Origin: Deltaproteobacteria bacterium
GTDB taxonomy: Bacteria > Lernaellota > Lernaellaia > JACKCT01
Assembly: GCA_020845895.1 (NCBI GenBank)
Contig: JADLEX010000141.1
Location: 3,872 to 67,871 of the forward strand
Direction of reading: 5' to 3'
Length of the DNA: 64,000 nucleotides
Shown: in pieces, positions 55,261 to 64,000 of the stretch
Layout of the letters: each line of letters begins with the position of its first letter
Position numbering within the stretch: position 1 is the stretch's first letter
Position numbers and translations under genes: made by a program
Notes under the pieces: generated by a model
The model's database searches: none
What the model was told of the DNA's origin: nothing
The model's input: the letters and a program-made list of their open reading frames with translations, nothing else

Positions 55261-58200
55261 ATGGGTGCGAATTTGAACGAGAACCGACAAGCGAGCGAAA
55301 TTCGGGAGTTGATCGACCGCTGGATATTCCCCACGGGCCGCGACCACGATGCGTGCGGCGTGGGGGCCGTTTCGGTCGGTCGGACGCCGCAGGGACGCAA
55401 GGCGATCGATCTCGCGCTCAAGGCCGTGTGCAATTTCGAGCACCGCGGCGCGTGCATGCCCGACGGAACGGGCGACGGCACCGGCTTTCTGATCGATATC
55501 CCCAAGCCGTTTTTCGCGCGCGCCCTCGCCGAGGCGACTCCCGGCGCCGACAGTTCGGTCCTCGACGGCACCGGCTGGGGTGTGGCGACGCTCTTCATCA
55601 CGCCGTCGTTGTCCGACGAAACGGCCCGGGAAATTTGCGAGAAAGCGCTGGCGTCGATGGGCATCACCATCGCGCTCTGGCGGCATGTTCCCCTCGATCC
55701 CTCGGGGCTCGGCACGCTCGCGGCGAGCGCCACGCCGAAAATGCGGCACGTGCTCATGCGCTGGACGCCCTGCGCGAGCGACGAACAGACGCTGCGACTG
55801 ATGTTCAAGGCGCAACGACGCTTGGAAGACAGCATCCGCGCCGCGGATCTGCCGATCTACATCGTTTCGTTTTCCGACCGCGTGCTGGTGTACAAGGCGA
55901 TGGCGGCGGGCGCGCAGTTCACGCGGCTCTTCCCGGACCTCGTCGCGCCCGATTTCGAAGTCGGCACGGTGGTTTTCCACCGGCGATTCGCGACCAACAC
56001 CTCGCCGAACTGGAATATGTGCCAGCCGTTCCGCCTGCTGTGCCACAACGGCGAGATCAACACGATCCAGGGCAACCGGCAGGCCGTGCGCACGTGGGAG
56101 CGGTACGTCGCCGCGAGCGGTCGGTTCGAGGACGACTGGCCGGCGAATTCGCTGATCCCGAACCAGAGCGATAGCGCGGACCTCGACGGCGCGGTGCAGG
56201 CATATCATGCCGAGGGCCGCACCTTGGCCTACGTGCTCGCGATCCTGATGCCGAAATCCTGGGAGAACTCGTCACGCAACTTCGCGCCGGAGATGCGCGC
56301 GTTCTTCGAGTTTCACAAGCGCGCCATGGGCTCGATGGGCGCCTGGGAAGGTCCCGCGGCGATTCTCGCTTACGACGGTCGGCAGCTCATCGCCTCGCTC
56401 GATCGCATGGGGCTTCGCCCGCTACGCGTGAGCCAGAGCATCGACGGCACCTTTATGGCGGCGTCGGAGCACGGCATCTTCGAGCACAACCCCGAGCAGA
56501 TCGTTTTTCGGCAGCAGCTCACGCCGGGCGATCTCGTGCGTTTCGACCTCGACACGCAGCGCATCGTTCACTCGGCGGACGTGTACTACGAGATCCTGCG
56601 CGAAACCGCGCCCATGCTCAAAACCACGTTCCGCGACATCAATTCGCGCCAGATTCACGCGCCGACCAGTTACGGCATCGACGACACGATCTCGCATCCC
56701 GATCTCTTTCATTTCCGGGGCCGCCTCGGCGCGTACCTGCGCGCGTGGGGTTGGGATTCGAAAATGCGCCAGGAGAGCACCGATCATCTGATCGACCTGG
56801 GCAAGGAAGAGATCTACTCGATGGGATACGACCGGGCGATGCCCGCCCTGTCGGTCGACGGCCCGACCATTTACCAGTTCTTCCAGCAGCGCTTCGCGCT
56901 CGTCACCAACCCGCCGATCGACCCCTACCGCGAGGGGCGCGACATGGCGCTGGTGACCTACCTCGGGCGCATGCCGGACGTGCCGCCGCGCACGAGCCCC
57001 GACGCGGTGAATCTGCGCCTCAAGTCACCGATCCTCACCATGCGCACGATCTCCGAAATCGCCGGATCGGAGCATATGCCGGCTCGCGTTGTTCGGATGA
57101 CGTTTGCCGCGGGCGGCACCGGCGCGGACATGCGCGCGGCGCTCGACGACGTGATCGAGAAGTCGCTGTCCGCGGCGCGCGAAGGCGTGCAGGTGCTGGT
57201 TCTTTCCGACCGCGGATGCTTCTCCGAGAACCAGTGGCCCGTGCCCGCACCGCTGGCCGTCTGTTCGGTCAACGATGCGCTGATCGAGCACGGCCTGCGC
57301 CCGCTGACGAGCATCGTGGTGCAGTCCGGCGAGGTCAGCGAGGCGCACGACGTGGCGGTACTGATCGCGCTGGGCGCGACGGCGGTGCATCCGCACGCCC
57401 TGTTCCGCTACGCCATGGAACGCAGCCGCATCAAGGGCCGTCAGATCGGCACCGGCATGAAGAACGCCACCGAGGGTCTCGAAGAGGGCCTTCGCAAGAT
57501 CATGTCCAAGATGGGCATCTGCACGATTCAGGGCTACCGCGGCTCGATGCTCTTCGAGGCCGTCGGCCTTGGTCCCGACGTGAAGAAATACCTGCCGGGC
57601 ATTCCGTCGCGCGTGGGCGGCGTGGATTTCGACGCGCTCGCGGACGATGTCGCCCATCGCGTGCGTCACGCGGCGGCGATCGACGAACTGCCCGAGTTCG
57701 ATTTCGACGAGCGCAGCTACAACGACCCCATGCGCATCGCGCTGTGGGAGGTCGCGCGCAGCGGCGGCGAGCTGGAGTGGAAGAAGTACTCGCTTCAGAC
57801 CGAGAGCCGCCGACCGTGCACGATTCGCGACCTCGTGCGGATCGAACCGCCCGAGGGCGTCGAGCCCAAGGAGCCGCTGCCCGCGCAGGCCATCATGCGC
57901 GACTGCGCATTCGGCGGCGGCATGTCGCACGGAGCGCTGACTGCGGCGGCGCACGGCGCGATCGCGCAGGCGGCCAACGAGATCGGCATGATGACCAACA
58001 GCGGCGAGGGCGGCGAGGACCGGCGGCGCAACCGCACGGGCGAACTCGCGCACATGCGCAGCCGAATCCGCCAGGTCGCGACCGGTCGATTCGGCGTCGA
58101 TGCCGAATACCTCGTCAACGCCGACGAAATCCAGGTCAAAATGGCGCAGGGCGCCAAGCCCGGCGAGGGCGGCCAGCTCATGTCGGCCAAGGTCACCGAC

Positions 58201-59850
58201 GAGATCGCCCGGCTGCGTTACTGCCGCCCGGGCATCGACCTCATCAGTCCGCCGCCGCACCACGACATCTACTCGATCGAGGACCTCAAGCAGCTCATCT
58301 ACGATCTGCGCGCGGTGAACCCGCAGGCGAGGATCTCCGTGAAGCTGTGCGCGGTCACCGGCATCGGAACCATCGCCGCGGGCGTGGTCAAGGCGGGCGC
58401 CGACATCATCGAGATCGACGGCGTCGAGGGCAGCACCGGCGCGTCGCCGCGCTCGTCGTTGCAGCACACGGGATTGCCCACGGAACTCGGACTGCGCGAG
58501 GTGCATCTCGCCCTCACGGAGCTCGGCCTGCGCGACGGCGTGAAGCTGCGCGCCGGCGGCGGCGTCAAGACCGAGCACGACGCGGTCAAGTACATGCTGA
58601 TGGGAGCGGACCAGTTCGTTCTCGCGACGACGCTGATGATCGCGCAGGGCTGCATCCACTGTAACTGCTGCCACCTCGGCACCTGCCCCACCTACATCGC
58701 CGGAATGAAAAACACGCGCGCGGTGTGGCCCGGGTCGCATGCGCACGTCAAGAATTTCCTGCTGGCCTTCGGTCAGGGCGTGGCGGAACTCGTCGCGAAG
58801 CTCGGCTTCTCGCACCCCGAGGAACTCGTCGGGCGCGTCGACCTGCTGCGCCGCCGCGAGCTTTCCGAAATCGCGCGCAACCTGAAGGACGCATACGGCT
58901 TCGAGCCCGACCGATTCCTGCGGCGCGCCGAGTTGATGGATCCGTCGATTGTACTGACGGATGTGAAGGTTCACGCGCCGGACGTCCGAGCCGCGAGCCG
59001 CACGTCCATCGACAATCTTGACCACTCGGTCCGGTTGCTGATGGAGGCGGACGACGAGCTGCGAACGGCGATCGACGACGGTCGGCCGCTCCAACGCCGA
59101 TACAAGGTGCACAGCAGCAGCTCGGTCGATTTCGGCGTCGGCGTGGCGGGGCGGCTCGCGAGAAAATGGGGCCGCGACGGCTGGCCGACCGCCGGGACGA
59201 TTCATCTGCACACCACCGGCACCGGCGGGCAGAGCTACGGAGCGTTCTGTGTGAAGGGCATGGACCTGCGCCACACGGGTTCGTGCAACGACCACGTCGG
59301 TAAGGGCATGAGCGGGGGCCGCGTCGTCATCGCCCAGCCGGAGAATTTCTCGGGTAAGACGTGGCAGACGACGATTGTCGGCAACACGGTCGCGTTCGGC
59401 GCGACGGGCGGCAAGCTGTTCATCCAGGGCCGCGCGGGACAGCGCCTCGGCGTGCGCAACTCCGGCGCGACCATCGTCTGCGAGGGCGCGGGTCAATACG
59501 CTTGCGAATACATGACCGCCGGGACCGTCGTGCTGCTCGGACCCATGGGCGACCACATCGGCGCGGGCATGACCGACGGCGTGGCGTACCTCTATGATCC
59601 CGACGGCACGCAGGACGTGCGTTTCATGATCGACGAGCGCAGCGTCGCCATTTCGACGCCCAGCGAGGACGAACTCTACGAGGTGCTCGCCGCGCTGCTC
59701 GACGAATACCACGAGGCGACGGGTTCGGCCCGGGCGATCGAGGCGAGGCAGAACCTGTATCAGTTCACGAAGATCACTCCGCTCGCGGCCGTGTACGAGG
59801 AAATGAAGAAGAAATTCGCCGTCGATCTCGGCAAGACGATCGCGGGATAA
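55261..59850 (+). CDS. gltB: glutamate synthase large subunit
   Basis: Approx. 1529 aa. Ntn amidotransferase Cys in CGVGAV context after an approx. 30-aa leader. FMN/central domain. 3Fe-4S and FMN-binding blocks. C-terminal GXGXG-containing domain (GGQSYGAF, TGGKLFIQGRAGQR). Confidence 0.92.
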   Translation: MGANLNENRQASEIRELIDRWIFPTGRDHDACGVGAVSVGRTPQGRKAIDLALKAVCNFEHRGACMPDGTGDGTGFLIDIPKPFFARALAEATPGADSSVLDGTGWGVATLFITPSLSDETAREICEKALASMGITIALWRHVPLDPSGLGTLAASATPKMRHVLMRWTPCASDEQTLRLMFKAQRRLEDSIRAADLPIYIVSFSDRVLVYKAMAAGAQFTRLFPDLVAPDFEVGTVVFHRRFATNTSPNWNMCQPFRLLCHNGEINTIQGNRQAVRTWERYVAASGRFEDDWPANSLIPNQSDSADLDGAVQAYHAEGRTLAYVLAILMPKSWENSSRNFAPEMRAFFEFHKRAMGSMGAWEGPAAILAYDGRQLIASLDRMGLRPLRVSQSIDGTFMAASEHGIFEHNPEQIVFRQQLTPGDLVRFDLDTQRIVHSADVYYEILRETAPMLKTTFRDINSRQIHAPTSYGIDDTISHPDLFHFRGRLGAYLRAWGWDSKMRQESTDHLIDLGKEEIYSMGYDRAMPALSVDGPTIYQFFQQRFALVTNPPIDPYREGRDMALVTYLGRMPDVPPRTSPDAVNLRLKSPILTMRTISEIAGSEHMPARVVRMTFAAGGTGADMRAALDDVIEKSLSAAREGVQVLVLSDRGCFSENQWPVPAPLAVCSVNDALIEHGLRPLTSIVVQSGEVSEAHDVAVLIALGATAVHPHALFRYAMERSRIKGRQIGTGMKNATEGLEEGLRKIMSKMGICTIQGYRGSMLFEAVGLGPDVKKYLPGIPSRVGGVDFDALADDVAHRVRHAAAIDELPEFDFDERSYNDPMRIALWEVARSGGELEWKKYSLQTESRRPCTIRDLVRIEPPEGVEPKEPLPAQAIMRDCAFGGGMSHGALTAAAHGAIAQAANEIGMMTNSGEGGEDRRRNRTGELAHMRSRIRQVATGRFGVDAEYLVNADEIQVKMAQGAKPGEGGQLMSAKVTDEIARLRYCRPGIDLISPPPHHDIYSIEDLKQLIYDLRAVNPQARISVKLCAVTGIGTIAAGVVKAGADIIEIDGVEGSTGASPRSSLQHTGLPTELGLREVHLALTELGLRDGVKLRAGGGVKTEHDAVKYMLMGADQFVLATTLMIAQGCIHCNCCHLGTCPTYIAGMKNTRAVWPGSHAHVKNFLLAFGQGVAELVAKLGFSHPEELVGRVDLLRRRELSEIARNLKDAYGFEPDRFLRRAELMDPSIVLTDVKVHAPDVRAASRTSIDNLDHSVRLLMEADDELRTAIDDGRPLQRRYKVHSSSSVDFGVGVAGRLARKWGRDGWPTAGTIHLHTTGTGGQSYGAFCVKGMDLRHTGSCNDHVGKGMSGGRVVIAQPENFSGKTWQTTIVGNTVAFGATGGKLFIQGRAGQRLGVRNSGATIVCEGAGQYACEYMTAGTVVLLGPMGDHIGAGMTDGVAYLYDPDGTQDVRFMIDERSVAISTPSEDELYEVLAALLDEYHEATGSARAIEARQNLYQFTKITPLAAVYEEMKKKFAVDLGKTIAG

Positions 59851-59862
59851 GGCCAGGACAAG

Positions 59863-61215
59863 ATGACGAAGGTGATGAAACGGGATGAGGCGACCGCGAC
59901 CGACTGGACGCCGCGGATCGCCCCCGACCAGATTCGGCGAAATTTCACCGAGATCAAGCCGCCGCTGGCGGATCTGGAGGCGCTCGTCGAGGCGCAGCGG
60001 TGCCTGTATTGCGAATACGATGTGCCGTGCATGCGCGGATGCCCGACGAAGATCGACATCCCGGGCTTCATCCGCCAGATCGGGGAGAACGACCCCGAGA
60101 GCGCCGCGCGCACGATTCTCGCGTCCAATGTTTTCGGCGCGGTGTGCGCGCGCGTGTGCCCGGTCGAAAAGCTGTGCGAGAGCCTGTGCATCTGCAACAC
60201 GCTGCATAACAAGCCGATCTCCATCGGCAAGCTCCAGCGCTTCGCGACCGACAAACTGATGGCGTCGGGCCACTTGCCGTTCCGGCGCGGCGAACCGACG
60301 GGAAGGCGCATCGCGATCGTCGGCGCGGGGCCCGCGGGTGTGGCGGCGGCGTTCGAGCTGTCGCGCTTCGGCCACGATGTGGTGATCTTCGAAAAAGAGC
60401 GCGAGCCCGGCGGCCTCGACCGCTACGGAATCGCTGAATACAAGATCGACGCCAATTTCGTGCGACGCGAGATGGACTATCTGCTGAAACTCGGCGGATT
60501 CGAGATCAAGACGGGCCGCGCGCCGGTCGATCCGTCGAAGCTCAAAAAGCTGCTCGCCGACTATGACGCGGTGCTGATCGCCGTCGGCCTCGGCCCGACC
60601 AAGGGACTCGGTGTTCCCGGAGAGGATCTGCATGGCGTCGTGGACGCGCTCTCGTTCATCCGCCGCATCAAGACGCAGTCGCTCGACTCCGTGCCGGTCG
60701 GCCGTCGCGTGATCGTCATCGGCGCGGGCAACACGGCCATCGACGCGGCGACGCAGGCGAAGCGGCTGGGCGCGGAGTCGGTGACGGTCGTGTATCGTCG
60801 GGGCCGCGAGCACGCCAAGTGCACCGATCACGAGTACGAGATCTCGCTCGCCGACGGCTGCGAGTGGATCTTTCACGCCGCGCCGGTCGATATTCTCGGC
60901 GACGCGAACGGTCACGTGAAGAGTGCGCGGTTCCGCAAGGACGGCGAGGTCTTCGAGTTGCCCTGCGACCATTTTATCAAGGCGATCGGGCAGGAGCCGT
61001 TCTCGTGGATCCAGGAGGTGCCCGGCCTCGAACTCGAACCCAACCGGACCATCAAAGTCGATCCCATCACGTGGATGACCAGCGTTCCGGGGCTGTTCGC
61101 CGCGGGCGACTGCGTGAAACAGGCGAAAGAGGTCGTCAACGCCGTGTACGAGGGCAAGCGCGCCGCGCAGGCCATCGACGGGTGGATGGCGTTCGACGCC
61201 GCCAAGCGCTTCTAG
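59863..61215 (+). CDS. gltD: glutamate synthase small subunit (NADPH-dependent)
   Basis: 450 aa. Two Cys clusters for 4Fe-4S (CxxCxxxC...C). FAD and NADPH Rossmann motifs (IAIVGAGPAG, VIVIGAGNTAID). Confidence 0.9.
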   Translation: MTKVMKRDEATATDWTPRIAPDQIRRNFTEIKPPLADLEALVEAQRCLYCEYDVPCMRGCPTKIDIPGFIRQIGENDPESAARTILASNVFGAVCARVCPVEKLCESLCICNTLHNKPISIGKLQRFATDKLMASGHLPFRRGEPTGRRIAIVGAGPAGVAAAFELSRFGHDVVIFEKEREPGGLDRYGIAEYKIDANFVRREMDYLLKLGGFEIKTGRAPVDPSKLKKLLADYDAVLIAVGLGPTKGLGVPGEDLHGVVDALSFIRRIKTQSLDSVPVGRRVIVIGAGNTAIDAATQAKRLGAESVTVVYRRGREHAKCTDHEYEISLADGCEWIFHAAPVDILGDANGHVKSARFRKDGEVFELPCDHFIKAIGQEPFSWIQEVPGLELEPNRTIKVDPITWMTSVPGLFAAGDCVKQAKEVVNAVYEGKRAAQAIDGWMAFDAAKRF

Positions 61216-61225
61216 GACGATCCAC

Positions 61226-62251
61226 GTGGAATTCGACGCCTATCACCCCTCGAACGGCGACGGCTGGCGGCTCTATGTCCGCCGCGCGACCAACCCGGCG
61301 CGCTTCAATCCCGATCTCCGCCCGCTCGCCATCGTGCCCGGCTACGGCATGAATTCGTACATTTTCGGGTGGCATCCGCGCGGCGAGTCGATGATCGACT
61401 ATCTCACCGACGCCGGTTTCGAAGTCTGGACGATGAACTTCCGCTGCCAGGACGAGACCGTGAACGAGGGCGGCGGGCGGCGCTACGGCTTTGCCGACAT
61501 CGTGCTGCGTGACCTGCCCGCGGCGGTCGCGTGCATCATGGAGCACACGCGCTCGCGCCGGGACCGGCTCGACATCATCGGCTGTTCCCTCGGCGGCACG
61601 TATCTCTACGCCTATCTCGTCCTGCGGCCGGACAATCCGCTGGGAAACGTCGTGGCGATGGGCGCGCCGCTGCGCTGGGATCACGTGCATCCCATATTTC
61701 GGGTGCTCTTCGCCAAACCGAAGATCCTCGGACTCGTCGCCCTTCGCGGAACGCGTAAGCTCGCGCGTTGCGCCCTGCCGATCGCGGCGAAGATTCCGGG
61801 GTTTCTGCACATCTACCTGCATCCAAAAGCCGTCGATCTGTCGAAGCCCGAGATGCTGGTGAAGACGGTCGAGGATCCGAATCCGCAACTGAACGAGGAA
61901 ATCGCGCGCTGGATGCTCGCGGCGGATCTCGTCATCGACGGTGTGAACATCAGCGAGGGCATGGCGGCGGTGACGAATCCGCTCTACCTGATGCTCGCGT
62001 GTGCCGACGGAATCGTGCCCGAGGCGACGGCGATGTCGGCGGCACGTCTCGCGGCGTCGAAGGTGAATGACGTCATCACGGTCGGCGACGCAAGTTACCC
62101 GATGGCGCACGCCGACATGTTCATCTCCGACGAGGCGCACCAGCGCGTCTTCGTTCCGCTCGCCGAATGGCTGCTCGCGCACCAGGACGGCGCGCGGGCG
62201 GATCAGACCGTCGCCGTTCCCGCGTCATCGCGCCGGGGGCGCCGCGCCTGA
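61226..62251 (+). CDS. alpha/beta hydrolase fold protein
   Basis: 341 aa. Nucleophile elbow (IIGCSLGG). Lies 10 nt after gltD. The ORF-track start appears to be an alternative start codon. Confidence 0.65.
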   Translation: MEFDAYHPSNGDGWRLYVRRATNPARFNPDLRPLAIVPGYGMNSYIFGWHPRGESMIDYLTDAGFEVWTMNFRCQDETVNEGGGRRYGFADIVLRDLPAAVACIMEHTRSRRDRLDIIGCSLGGTYLYAYLVLRPDNPLGNVVAMGAPLRWDHVHPIFRVLFAKPKILGLVALRGTRKLARCALPIAAKIPGFLHIYLHPKAVDLSKPEMLVKTVEDPNPQLNEEIARWMLAADLVIDGVNISEGMAAVTNPLYLMLACADGIVPEATAMSAARLAASKVNDVITVGDASYPMAHADMFISDEAHQRVFVPLAEWLLAHQDGARADQTVAVPASSRRGRRA

Positions 62252-63987
62252 CGTTTCGCGGGCGGCGGCTCGACCGGCCACGCCAGTCGGAAGCCTTCGC
62301 CGGTGACGATCTCGCGCGATACGACGGGCACCTCACCCTTCGGCGGCAGCACCACCTTCATCGGGCAACCACGCACGATGTCGCGGTCGATGTCGATGCC
62401 GGGCATGACCTCCACAAGCATCATCCCACGCTTCGTCAGCCGGAAAACGCCGACGTTCGTCACGTAGTGGACCGTCTTGCCCAGGCGCAGCGCCTCGGAC
62501 CCGTTGAACGTGATCTGCGAGACGGCGTCCCGGAACTTCGGTTCGCCGCGTTTCGCGATCCGCACCCTGCCGTCTTCAACGCGCAGGTCGCCGTGCGCCA
62601 TCCACGATCCGACGAACAGGATGTTGCGCGCGGCCGCCACAAGATCGGGCAGTCCGCCGGGGCCGACGTAGTTGATCATCTTCGGCCCGCGCTTCGAGAC
62701 GTTGACGTTGCCGTGCGAGTCGGCCTCGAGCACGCCGAGCATTGTGATGTCGAGGTGGTCGTAGGCCATGTGAAAGATCTGCGCCGACGTGATGATCCTT
62801 TGCGGGCGCACCGCGGAGCCGAAGAAGATTCCCGGCGCGGGCAGGCCGCCGAGCACGCCGGTCTCGGTGAAAAACGTCACCTCGTCCTGCAGGCCGCCCT
62901 CGTAAATCAGCCGGCAGACCTCCTCGGGCAGGCCGGTGCCGATGTTGATGAGCGCGCCGCGCCGCGCGAGGCGCATGAACACCGATGAGGCGAGCCGGGC
63001 CGTGGCCAATTCGATCGGCGTGCGCACCGGTGCGATCTTGAGGATGTCGTTGGCGAACTTCAGCTTTTCCACGACGTGGTGGACGTCGGTTTCGTCGCGA
63101 TGCTCCACGGTGAAACCGGGCCAGTACCGGCGCTGGGCGATCGATCCCGTCTGCTCGCTGCGCGAGTTGACGACGATGTAGTCCACCTTGTCCGCGGGAA
63201 TGAAAATCTCGGCCTCGTTTTTCGGGATGATGTCCGCGACGCTGGCGATCACGAGGCCGCCGTCGGCGCGAGTCGCGAGCGCGCTTTCGTACGCCTCGGT
63301 CATCGTCGACGCGTGACGCTTGTAGATGTTGCCCTCGGCGTCGGCGTAGGGCGCGACAAAGAGCGCCACGTCGAATCGGGGAAACGTGAAGCGCATTTTG
63401 TCGCCCGCGCGCTCGATGAGCGACATCGTTTGCGGCGCGCCGCCGACGTAGGAGCCGTTCCCCACCGTCGGATCGAGAAACGTGCCGAGCGCGGTGTCGT
63501 GTTCGATCGACTTCTCGCCCCGCGACTTGGCTTCGAGCAGGAACGTCTCCATCCCCTGCGCCATCGTGTGCAGTTCGATGCGGCCTTCGTCGGCCGCCGT
63601 CAGCAACGCCCGTGCGGTTTCCAGGTGGCCCGCGACGAAGCGTGAGAGGAGCCCTGGGGCATTCAGTTCCTCGATGGTGCCCGGTACGCGGCCTCGACCG
63701 CCCTGCGCGCCGACGACGATCCACGTCAGGTTCTTCGGGTGCGCGCTGGTCGCGAAGAGTTCCTTGATGGCCCAGAAAAAGATCGAGCAGCGGGCGTTTG
63801 CCGCCATGCCCGACGAGAAGATGGTCGCGCCGTCGGGGATCAACTCGGCGGCCCGGCGGGCGGTGATGAATTTGGGGTGGACGATCGGGGGCTTTTCGTC
63901 GATGTCGCGGATGTCCCAGGTGGCGCGCCAGCGCGCGATGTGCAGCAACAGTTCGGCTTTTTCCAGCAGATTCATGGCGGTGCCCAA
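62203..63987 (-). CDS. fused alpha/beta CoA-transferase (family I, YdiF/AtoDA-like)
   Basis: 594 aa. Two CoA-transferase halves (SSGMAANA...; GGLPAPGIFFGSA). The 3' end is convergent with and overlaps the preceding hydrolase. Confidence 0.65.
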   Translation of the reverse strand: MGTAMNLLEKAELLLHIARWRATWDIRDIDEKPPIVHPKFITARRAAELIPDGATIFSSGMAANARCSIFFWAIKELFATSAHPKNLTWIVVGAQGGRGRVPGTIEELNAPGLLSRFVAGHLETARALLTAADEGRIELHTMAQGMETFLLEAKSRGEKSIEHDTALGTFLDPTVGNGSYVGGAPQTMSLIERAGDKMRFTFPRFDVALFVAPYADAEGNIYKRHASTMTEAYESALATRADGGLVIASVADIIPKNEAEIFIPADKVDYIVVNSRSEQTGSIAQRRYWPGFTVEHRDETDVHHVVEKLKFANDILKIAPVRTPIELATARLASSVFMRLARRGALINIGTGLPEEVCRLIYEGGLQDEVTFFTETGVLGGLPAPGIFFGSAVRPQRIITSAQIFHMAYDHLDITMLGVLEADSHGNVNVSKRGPKMINYVGPGGLPDLVAAARNILFVGSWMAHGDLRVEDGRVRIAKRGEPKFRDAVSQITFNGSEALRLGKTVHYVTNVGVFRLTKRGMMLVEVMPGIDIDRDIVRGCPMKVVLPPKGEVPVVSREIVTGEGFRLAWPVEPPPAKRQARRPRRDDAGTATV

Positions 63988-64000
63988 GGAATGAGGATGA

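Noticed and set aside
57025-60972. 1315-aa minus-strand ORF
   Set aside because: Antisense to gltB and gltD. The longest ORF in the window but purely a GC-bias shadow ORF.
1-64000. CRISPR arrays, tRNA/rRNA genes, transposases or integrases
   Set aside because: No regularly spaced direct repeats, no tRNA-like cloverleaf candidates with GTTCGA-type T-loops, and no transposase or integrase-like ORFs were seen. The repetitive tracts found are coding low-complexity (poly-Asp, poly-Gly) only.

Overview
High-GC (about 67%) bacterial chromosomal window that is gene-dense on both strands with short or overlapping gene junctions. TolC, Lgt, lipobox lipoproteins and an outer-membrane beta-barrel indicate a diderm (Gram-negative) organism. 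The content is mostly core metabolism and envelope functions: acyl-CoA dehydrogenase, an oxidative pentose-phosphate operon (gnd-like, zwf, pgl), polA, lgt, folE2, and glutamate synthase gltB/gltD. It also carries two sensor histidine kinases, one of them a 1072-aa hybrid with receiver domains, and a membrane GAF-GGDEF diguanylate cyclase. Other recognisable genes are a Kv-type K+ channel, TolC, a TerC-family membrane protein and a NifU-like Fe-S protein. Several glycan-active genes are present: GH31, a PIG-L deacetylase, GT2, a GT-C glycosyltransferase and a DegT-family aminotransferase. Candidate accessory or poorly characterised modules are: (1) three tandem AIM24/TIGR00266 paralogs closed by an intrinsic terminator; (2) a minus-strand run of adenylate-forming (PaaK-like) ligase, GT2 and an acyltransferase-like gene, continuing at 37 nt and 25 nt gaps and one 1-nt overlap into LemA and two TPM-domain proteins, with a secreted beta-propeller gene 19 nt further on; (3) a RelE/ParE-type toxin with a GTGA-overlapping small antitoxin wedged between folE2 and the hybrid kinase; (4) a SprT/DUF45-like metallohydrolase coupled to a DUF2804-like gene; (5) a membrane-anchored staphylococcal-nuclease homolog beside polA; and (6) lipoproteins with long poly-aspartate linkers. 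I found no rRNA, tRNA, CRISPR array or transposase. Many long ORFs in the six-frame track are antisense or alternate-frame artefacts of the GC bias. Internal start coordinates were derived by counting residues from ORF-track boundaries and may be off by a few nt.
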